In this document: in pieces, positions 17,378 through 23,510 of the stretch
Numbering within the stretch: the stretch's first letter is position 1
How the letters are laid out: every line of letters begins with the position of its first letter
Assembly: GCA_011364925.1 (NCBI GenBank)
Contig: RDOA01000054.1
Coordinates: forward strand, 1-23,510
Direction: 5' to 3'
From: Promethearchaeota archaeon
Lineage (GTDB): Archaea > Asgardarchaeota > Lokiarchaeia > Sigyniarchaeales > SOKP01
Length of the DNA stretch: 23,510 bases
Program-made: the position numbers and the translations under genes
Notes under the pieces: generated by a model
The model's database searches: none
The model's input: only the letters and a program-made list of their open reading frames with translations
Told to the model about the DNA's origin: nothing

Positions 17378-18175
17378 TCAATTTTCCCGCCTTCTAGAAA
17401 ATTTATCGTGAATTCCCGGATCTAAATACGGTTCTTTAGAATAGAGGATTTTAGTTCTTTTCTTTTTTAGTTCGTCAATTAGTGCGCCTTCAGTTAGCTC
17501 GTTAAGGTTTAATAATGTCCAACCATGAATACCTCCGCTTAATAAATCGTCTGGTTTATGCATATCAGTACCAGTGAGCATTCCAACTTCTCCTGCATGT
17601 TCCATACAAAAATCGTAGGATTCCTGATCAAACACATTTTCAGGTTGAGAATCGTCATTAACGATCTCAATAAAATCAACTCCCCATTCTAAAAGCGTTT
17701 CTCGGGAAGGATGATTTTCGTATTTAGCTTCAAATACACTCCATGGGATATGGTTACAGACAACAATTCCACCTTGATCGTGAGCCTTGTTAATAGCATC
17801 AATAATTTTTTCGTCTTTAGGTTTGTAAGGTACCCGTGATTCCCATTTTGAAATGCCTAAGAAATTCAAATGGATTCTAGTTGTTGTCCATTCAATCCCA
17901 CTAGTGATAAGGATACCTTTTTTAATGTATTCTTCCTTTACTTTCGTAATCTTCTCTATGTGCCGCATATTGTTGTGATCGGTTAGAGTTATAGCGTTGA
18001 ATCCCATAGCAATGTGCCATTCAACGTTTTGTTTGATTGTAAGCGCTCCGTCGCTATAATAAGTGTGAGAATGGTGGTCGTATATCACATTATAAGCTGT
18101 TTTATCATATGCCGGAGGAACATGAGGGTTAATATTCTTCCAATCGTCATCAGAATATCTACTTGAAGATGGCAT
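17378..18175 (-). CDS. PHP-domain metal-dependent phosphoesterase/hydrolase
   Basis: DHHSHTYYSDG, TDHN, GIEW..RIH, NHIP and GTDMH metal-ligand motifs. Confidence 0.88.
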   Translation of the reverse strand: MPSSSRYSDDDWKNINPHVPPAYDKTAYNVIYDHHSHTYYSDGALTIKQNVEWHIAMGFNAITLTDHNNMRHIEKITKVKEEYIKKGILITSGIEWTTTRIHLNFLGISKWESRVPYKPKDEKIIDAINKAHDQGGIVVCNHIPWSVFEAKYENHPSRETLLEWGVDFIEIVNDDSQPENVFDQESYDFCMEHAGEVGMLTGTDMHKPDDLLSGGIHGWTLLNLNELTEGALIDELKKKRTKILYSKEPYLDPGIHDKFSRRREN

Positions 18176-18190
18176 TAGTCTCTTCTCTTC

Positions 18191-18979
18191 TTATTTGGAT
18201 TTTCGGTCGTAGAGCTCTTTTACAAAAAAAGTTGCTACGTGCTCCGAGAACGTATTTGGTCCGAAACCCGCATCGTATCCTAATTCTTTCGCAAGTTCGT
18301 TCGAGATACGAGGGCCACCGCAGATTAAAATAACCTTATCTCTAATCTCTTCTGCCTCCAGAAGGTCGACAAGGTTAGTCAAATTCTTCACATGAATATC
18401 TTTTTGGGTTACAGTTTGGGATACAAGAAGCACATCTGCTTTTAATTCTATGGCCTTTTTTACGAATGCTTCGTTAGAAACTTGACTGCCGAGATTATAC
18501 GCTTCAATCATTTCGAATCTTTCTAAACCGTAATGTCCCGCAAAACCTTTTCTGTTCATAATAGCGTCGATGCCAACTGTATGTGCGTCAGTTCCAGTTG
18601 TTGCGCCTAGAACAATCACTTTTCGGTCGAAATTTGTTTTGATATAACTATCAATTTCTTCCAAAGTCATCAATTCAACTTCTACAGATTCTATTTTGAT
18701 TCTTGTAAAATCGATCGAATGTCTTAAACTTCCGTACATTACGAAATATGTGAATCCTTTATCTAAAGGAGTATGGTATGCTACAGAAGGATATTCAATC
18801 CCCATCTTATTTGCTAATTCTAAAGCGGCATAAATTGCTTTTTCTCCATCGTTTACAGGAAGAGTAAAGCTAACTTGAATTTTTCCATCGTTCATTGTAT
18901 CTCCGTAGGGTTTGATTTTGGTTAAATCTAAATTCTTGTCAAAATCTTTCTTTTCTGTGAAATAAAGTCCGCCACCCAT
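18191..18979 (-). CDS. kamE: Lysine 5,6-aminomutase beta subunit (AdoCbl-binding)
   Basis: PYGDTMNDGKIQVSFTLPV dimerisation region; DAHTVG base-off/His-on motif; MNRKGFAGHYGLE (PLP lysine); LVSQTVTQKDIH and GYDAGFG. Confidence 0.96.
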   Translation of the reverse strand: MGGGLYFTEKKDFDKNLDLTKIKPYGDTMNDGKIQVSFTLPVNDGEKAIYAALELANKMGIEYPSVAYHTPLDKGFTYFVMYGSLRHSIDFTRIKIESVEVELMTLEEIDSYIKTNFDRKVIVLGATTGTDAHTVGIDAIMNRKGFAGHYGLERFEMIEAYNLGSQVSNEAFVKKAIELKADVLLVSQTVTQKDIHVKNLTNLVDLLEAEEIRDKVILICGGPRISNELAKELGYDAGFGPNTFSEHVATFFVKELYDRKSK

Positions 18980-18993
18980 TATATATTACCTCC
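18979..18993 (-). promoter_or_regulatory. Shine-Dalgarno site and TAATG stop/start overlap coupling kamD to kamE
   Basis: The minus strand reads GGAGGT-AATATA-TAATG; the kamD TAA shares base 18979 with the kamE ATG. Confidence 0.75.
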
Positions 18994-20562
18994 TAGTTGT
19001 AATTCTCTTGACATAAGTTCTAAAAAGGGATTAATGTAATCTTTACTCTTAAGAAAAACTCCGTCCAATCCCTTCCCTCCATCGATGGGTCTTTTTATCT
19101 GTGCAAAGATTCCTTTTTCAATTGTCTTGAATAATCCTTCTTTCTCGATATTCATCAGAAGGTTAACTGCATTGTTCAATACTTCACCTGCGCGTTTTTG
19201 TATCATTCCATCTTTCTTGAACTCGAGTTCGTCACCTAAATTCTTCATATTTTTAAAGATGTATCTTGCATTTTCTATGGAAAGCGCTCGATCTGACATA
19301 AAAGGGGTGTGAATAGCTTCTGTTAACATGCCCAGCAAGTGAATTCGTTGATTTGTAAGAATTGTAATCATGTTAAAGAGTGCATCTTGCACGTGTCCCT
19401 TAAAAATGTTGCCAGTCATGTATTTTGTTGGAGGCATGTATTTTAGTGGAGCGCTTGGAAAGATTTCCCGTGCCATTTGCGCTTGAGCAAGTTCAAAAAC
19501 AAATCCATTCTCCAAATCAGGATCCATCTCAAAAGCGTGTCCTAAACCCATTTGTTCCTGTTTTAAACCTGCTAGTTTTGCAAATTGTTCATTAATAAAT
19601 TGAGAAGCGAAGACTGTATGTGCTGCTTCGTAGGCGTCATCAGTGGTGAGATAATTATCCTCCCCAGTATTGATTATTACACCCGCATACGCATTTATCA
19701 TTCTTGAGAAATATTGATCAATCATCGTTCTTTGCATATTTATGTCTCTAAACAAGATCCCGTATAAAGCATCGTTTAACATCATATCTACTCTTTCGAA
19801 CGCCCCCATTGCAGCGATTTCTGGCATACAAAGTCCCGAGCAATAATTCGTTAGTCTAATATATCGCCCTTCTTCTTCGCTTACTTCGTCTAAAGCCGAT
19901 CTCATAAGGCGGAAATTTTCTTGTGTTGCGTAAGTTCCTCCAAAACCCTCAGTGGTTGATCCATAGGGCACATAATCTAACAAGCTTTGTCCAGTAGAGC
20001 GTATTACAGCTATAACATCTGCTCCCTGTCTAGCAGCAGCTTGAGCCTGAACCATATCTTCAAATATGTTTCCTGTTGCAACAATTAAATATATTAGGGG
20101 TTCTGTTTTTTCTCCGTATTCATTAATCATATCTTCTCTTTGTTGCTTGTTTCGCTCGATAATATCCAAATTTTTCTGTGTAATCGAAAAAAGAACCTCT
20201 TTTATCTCAGAGATCTCTTTTAAAGGGAACTCCGTTAAGTTTAATTGTCCTTGAGAGACTTTTTCGGCAATATTTTGGGGAGAGTTATTTGTGTGTAAGA
20301 TAGCATTTCCAAGGTAGAGTGCAATACCGTTGTTGAGAAGATCCGATTTGTGAATGTGATCTACTACAACATTAGGTAGTGGAACTCCAAACTCGTCTAT
20401 TCCATCGATCCCTAACAGTCTACAAATGGTTCTCTCAATCGAGACGGTGGAATGTTTGTCAATAAACTTTTGAGTGTCATTTGCTATTTTTTTAGCAATT
20501 TCCCTAGCCTTTTCGACCAAATTATAATCCAAATTTAACTTACTTCTTGGTTTCATTTCCAA
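18979..20562 (-). CDS. kamD: Lysine 5,6-aminomutase alpha subunit (PLP TIM barrel)
   Basis: IVATGNIFED, AVIRSTGQSLLDYVPYG, NYCSGLCMPEIA, NDALYGILFRDIN, INTGEDNY and KYMPPTK. Start is TTG 20562 or ATG 20556. Confidence 0.97.
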   Translation of the reverse strand: MEMKPRSKLNLDYNLVEKAREIAKKIANDTQKFIDKHSTVSIERTICRLLGIDGIDEFGVPLPNVVVDHIHKSDLLNNGIALYLGNAILHTNNSPQNIAEKVSQGQLNLTEFPLKEISEIKEVLFSITQKNLDIIERNKQQREDMINEYGEKTEPLIYLIVATGNIFEDMVQAQAAARQGADVIAVIRSTGQSLLDYVPYGSTTEGFGGTYATQENFRLMRSALDEVSEEEGRYIRLTNYCSGLCMPEIAAMGAFERVDMMLNDALYGILFRDINMQRTMIDQYFSRMINAYAGVIINTGEDNYLTTDDAYEAAHTVFASQFINEQFAKLAGLKQEQMGLGHAFEMDPDLENGFVFELAQAQMAREIFPSAPLKYMPPTKYMTGNIFKGHVQDALFNMITILTNQRIHLLGMLTEAIHTPFMSDRALSIENARYIFKNMKNLGDELEFKKDGMIQKRAGEVLNNAVNLLMNIEKEGLFKTIEKGIFAQIKRPIDGGKGLDGVFLKSKDYINPFLELMSRELQLGGNI

Positions 20563-20631
20563 TCGAACCTCTAAAAGGAGATAAAATTTCTAAAAGCTTT
20601 AAGTCATTTAATTATTCAAACAAATTATACT

Positions 20632-21669
20632 TTAGTATTCACTAGGGCCTAGGTCATATATAGGGACGCTGATTCCTTTTTTCAATTCACTTAAAAATTT
20701 AGTTTTATTAAATTCGTATCCTAACGGCGACATAGGATTAATTGTAATCATGACTATTTTTATTTCGTTTAAAACTCTTATTACTCCACCTTTTTTTGAG
20801 TATTTGTCAAATGTTCTTTTACTTAAAAATAATTTTGTTGCATCAGGGATTAAAATTGTGATATTTTTATATATATCAGACTTTTTAATCAATTCCTCGA
20901 GAAAAAAATCCGTGATCGCACCATTTATTACGAGATATTTCGAAGTGCGATTAATGTGCGTCAAAATTTCTTCTACGGAATCTAATGCTGTTAAAATTTC
21001 TAAATTTTTTATTGAAAAATCACTATTTATAACCCCAACCTTTGCTTTAGATATAACCTTATTAGCTAACTTTATTACATCCATATTTTTTTCTTTTTTG
21101 AGTGTAAGTAAATTAAATGTGTGGTTAGTCAATTCAACTACTTTTTGCATATCCTTCGTAACTGAAGCTCCTGTTGAGAGAATTGTTGCGTTAGAAATTA
21201 GTGGAGTTGCGTAGGAACGCCTATCGAAAGCTCCATCGATTAAAACAAGGTTACATCCTAATTCAAGTAATTCATCACAGACACTTTTAATTTCTTTATT
21301 TGTGGATGGACCAGCAATCTCAATCAAGCCATTATTTAGCGATCGAACAAGTTGTATTTCACCCATCGGAGTATTGATTCCCGTTTCTTTTAATAGCTCT
21401 GATTTAAGGCTACTATTCCTTAAACTTTGAACAGCAGTAGCGATAATAGTTCCCGACTGAACCATTATTCGTGGCTTTGGAAGTTGAGTAATGGCGTCGT
21501 ATTCTTCACCATCGCGTCCAATCGAAGTTAAGCCAAGTTTCAGTTTTCCTTTTGAGAACTTAATAATGTGGTTTAAAGTCGTCGTCTTACTTACATTTTT
21601 TGAAAGACCTATTATTGAAATGACCTTATACTTATTAAGATCTGTAAAAACTTTATCTAAATCTTCCAT
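20632..21669 (-). CDS. kamB: KamB-like P-loop protein (putative lysine 5,6-aminomutase reactivase subunit)
   Basis: SIIGLSKNVSKTTTLN, GLTSIGRDGE, KPRI, TPMGEI, EIAGP and LIDGAFDR match my recollection of the protein encoded upstream of kamDE in lysine-fermenting bacteria. Its position next to kamD supports the call. Confidence 0.75.
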   Translation of the reverse strand: MEDLDKVFTDLNKYKVISIIGLSKNVSKTTTLNHIIKFSKGKLKLGLTSIGRDGEEYDAITQLPKPRIMVQSGTIIATAVQSLRNSSLKSELLKETGINTPMGEIQLVRSLNNGLIEIAGPSTNKEIKSVCDELLELGCNLVLIDGAFDRRSYATPLISNATILSTGASVTKDMQKVVELTNHTFNLLTLKKEKNMDVIKLANKVISKAKVGVINSDFSIKNLEILTALDSVEEILTHINRTSKYLVINGAITDFFLEELIKKSDIYKNITILIPDATKLFLSKRTFDKYSKKGGVIRVLNEIKIVMITINPMSPLGYEFNKTKFLSELKKGISVPIYDLGPSEY

Positions 21670-21741
21670 CTTCGAACGACCTGTAGTTAAAATAATGCTC
21701 CTTGTTTAAAACTTTAATTCTTTCAGATAAATAAAAAAGAG

Positions 21742-23510
21742 TTATATGTTTGGAATCCCATTATTATTCCAATTGCGTTTTTCGTAGTACATCCGAAGTA
21801 GATTTTCCAATGGTGGGACATTTTTCCTTGTTCCGCCTTTTTCGAGTGGTGTAGAGAATCGATTTCCAAAAGCATCATCAGCTTTACTAATCCCGCATTT
21901 TACATTGAATTTTCTTTTCATATTGACAATTCGCTGTCCTACTTCCATGAATGAATCTACAGTGTAAGAGCGACCTGTGATGCCGTTTAAACCATCAATC
22001 CATGGTTGAAGCTTATGAATAAACCAAAATCCAAATATACAGCCCCCCATAGCGCTGTAAGCCTCGCTAGCATCTTGAATTTTGATTACAGCTTCAGCTA
22101 TATCCTCAGTTGCTCCAAATTTATCGTTGCCACCAGTTAACCCAATTTCTTCTTTCTGGTTCATATACGACGATAAATGCATTGGTTCGTAGCAATGATA
22201 CGCCCCTCGAGGAGTTGTAGCATAATCAAGAGCAGTCATATTATTGGCTCGTGGTTCGTGAGCGGGAACTTCAAGTCCTTTACCTTGAATTGAGAGTTCT
22301 TCGGGTAAGTTTTCGTTTTTACAAAAGACTCTAACGCCATCAGCTAATTTATCACCAACTCCTTCTCGATTGGCAATCATAGGAATTAATTTTTCAATCG
22401 CATTAGAGTTGCCCCAAATTTGGTCTTCCGAGAAACCTAAATTCTCATAGGACTCTGACAACAATTTTCTTTCAATAACTTCAAGAAAGCATCCTAGCAC
22501 GCCCCCGAGCGAAATGCTATCTAATCCAAGGTCGTTTACCAAGAGATTCCATTTGATAAGCACTTCTAAATCATCAACCATAAGATTTGAACCGAGCATT
22601 CCAAGCGTCTCGTATTCCGGTCGCGATACCCAATCACCCTGATATTCCACATATCCTCGGCAAGCGGTTGGGCAATTGAAGCAACCGTGCATCTTTACTT
22701 CACCTCGCGCATTTAGGGCTTTTGCGCCTATATTTTTTACTCCAGGCCACCTTCCTACTGTCCAATTTTTCATATTTATATCACCAACACTTGCCATAGA
22801 ATCCAAATGCACAGGTGTTCCTGAGTCCGCCATCACCATACCTAAACCAGATGTACTTAACAGTTCTCTTAATTCCTTTGCAGCATTCATTACTTTATCT
22901 TTATCCTGAACGGCTATTTTTTGCGTTCCTTTAACTGCGATTGCTTTCAATTTCTTGCTACCCATCACAGCACCGAGTCCACAACGACCCGAAGCGTGGT
23001 GCTTATCATTAATAATACAAGCATATTTTACAAGCTTTTCGCCCGCAGGGCCTATTGTGGCTACTTTTATGCTGCTATCACCTAATTTCTCTTTGATAAG
23101 TTTATCTGATTCTTGCGTACCTTTACCCCAGATATCTGAAGCATCTAAAAGCTCTACGTTATCATCGTTGATATATATAATAACGGGTTCTTCGCTCTTT
23201 CCGTTGATGACAACGAAATCATAACCAGTCGATTTAAGCTCTTTCCCAAAGAAGCCACCCGATGAAGCTTCACCTAAAATATTCGTTAATGGTGATTTTG
23301 CCATTAAGAAATACCGCCCACAGAAAGGAACAGCAGTACCGCAAATTGGACCCGTAGAGAGGATTAAAAGATTCTGCTCACTAAAAGGATTTATATCGCT
23401 TGGAACTTCTCGAGTAAAGATTGCCGTCGAAATTCCCATTCCTCCTATTAGTTGTTGTTCATCGTCGAGAGAAACTTCCTCTTGTTTAACTTCTTTATTA
23501 CTCAAATTAA
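21742..23510 (-). CDS. aor: Tungsten-dependent aldehyde:ferredoxin oxidoreductase family protein, 5'-truncated by the window edge
   Basis: KSPLT, GGFFG, IGPAGE, GRCGLGAVMGSKKLKAI, CFNCPTAC (4Fe-4S), PEYET, DLGLDSIS, KGLEVPAHEPR and GGCIF. The frame stays open to the window end (..NLSNKEVK.., the usual xNLS segment near the AOR N-terminus), so the real start is probably outside. Confidence 0.93.
   Translation of the reverse strand, partial: NLSNKEVKQEEVSLDDEQQLIGGMGISTAIFTREVPSDINPFSEQNLLILSTGPICGTAVPFCGRYFLMAKSPLTNILGEASSGGFFGKELKSTGYDFVVINGKSEEPVIIYINDDNVELLDASDIWGKGTQESDKLIKEKLGDSSIKVATIGPAGEKLVKYACIINDKHHASGRCGLGAVMGSKKLKAIAVKGTQKIAVQDKDKVMNAAKELRELLSTSGLGMVMADSGTPVHLDSMASVGDINMKNWTVGRWPGVKNIGAKALNARGEVKMHGCFNCPTACRGYVEYQGDWVSRPEYETLGMLGSNLMVDDLEVLIKWNLLVNDLGLDSISLGGVLGCFLEVIERKLLSESYENLGFSEDQIWGNSNAIEKLIPMIANREGVGDKLADGVRVFCKNENLPEELSIQGKGLEVPAHEPRANNMTALDYATTPRGAYHCYEPMHLSSYMNQKEEIGLTGGNDKFGATEDIAEAVIKIQDASEAYSAMGGCIFGFWFIHKLQPWIDGLNGITGRSYTVDSFMEVGQRIVNMKRKFNVKCGISKADDAFGNRFSTPLEKGGTRKNVPPLENLLRMYYEKRNWNNNGIPNI

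Noticed and set aside
18191-20562. D-ornithine 4,5-aminomutase (oraSE), suggested by nearby rocD
   Set aside because: Subunit sizes (527 + 262 aa) and motifs match KamD/KamE; OraE is one large fused chain with a small OraS partner.
2064-23224. Short ORFs overlapping larger genes (2064, 2151, 3088, 5453, 7991, 8315, 11555, 11827, 15007, 15967, 16890, 19085, 20066, 20750, 21491, 22676, 22955)
   Set aside because: All lie antisense or out of frame over well-supported genes and show no recognisable motifs.
23503-23505. TTG 23505 as the AOR start, as in the ORF track
   Set aside because: The frame is open to the window edge and the usual AOR N-terminal residues before xNLS are missing, so the start is probably outside the window.
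1-23510. tRNA, rRNA, CRISPR array or IS element
   Set aside because: Intergenic gaps are short (under 300 bp) and AT-rich, with no cloverleaf, regularly spaced repeats, transposase or terminal inverted repeats seen by eye. A covariance-model scan was not possible.

Overview
AT-rich, gene-dense archaeal DNA, most likely from an Asgard archaeon (Lokiarchaeia-like). This is inferred from a Rab-like small GTPase lacking a prenylation tail, an E1-like plus JAMM/Rpn11-like gene pair, a 7TM protein with a C-terminal C4C4 RING-like finger, sequon-rich surface proteins and archaeal BRE/TATA-like promoters. The left part holds ubiquitin-system-like genes, two surface proteins and the GTPase; a diverged, start-less second copy of the GTPase C-terminus lies directly behind its stop. 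The middle and right parts form an amino-acid and peptide catabolism neighbourhood: carbamate kinase, ornithine aminotransferase, ArsB/NhaD-type and MFS transporters, a secreted CocE/NonD hydrolase, and a co-oriented run AOR-kamB-kamD-kamE-PHP-GGT. The best candidates for an undescribed system are (i) an EamA/DMT transporter fused to an Lrp/AsnC ligand-binding (RAM) domain, followed by a stand-alone RAM protein of opposite charge, and (ii) a membrane RING-like protein near JAMM and E1 genes. No rRNA, tRNA, CRISPR or mobile element was recognised. All family calls come from motif recognition by eye; no database search was run.
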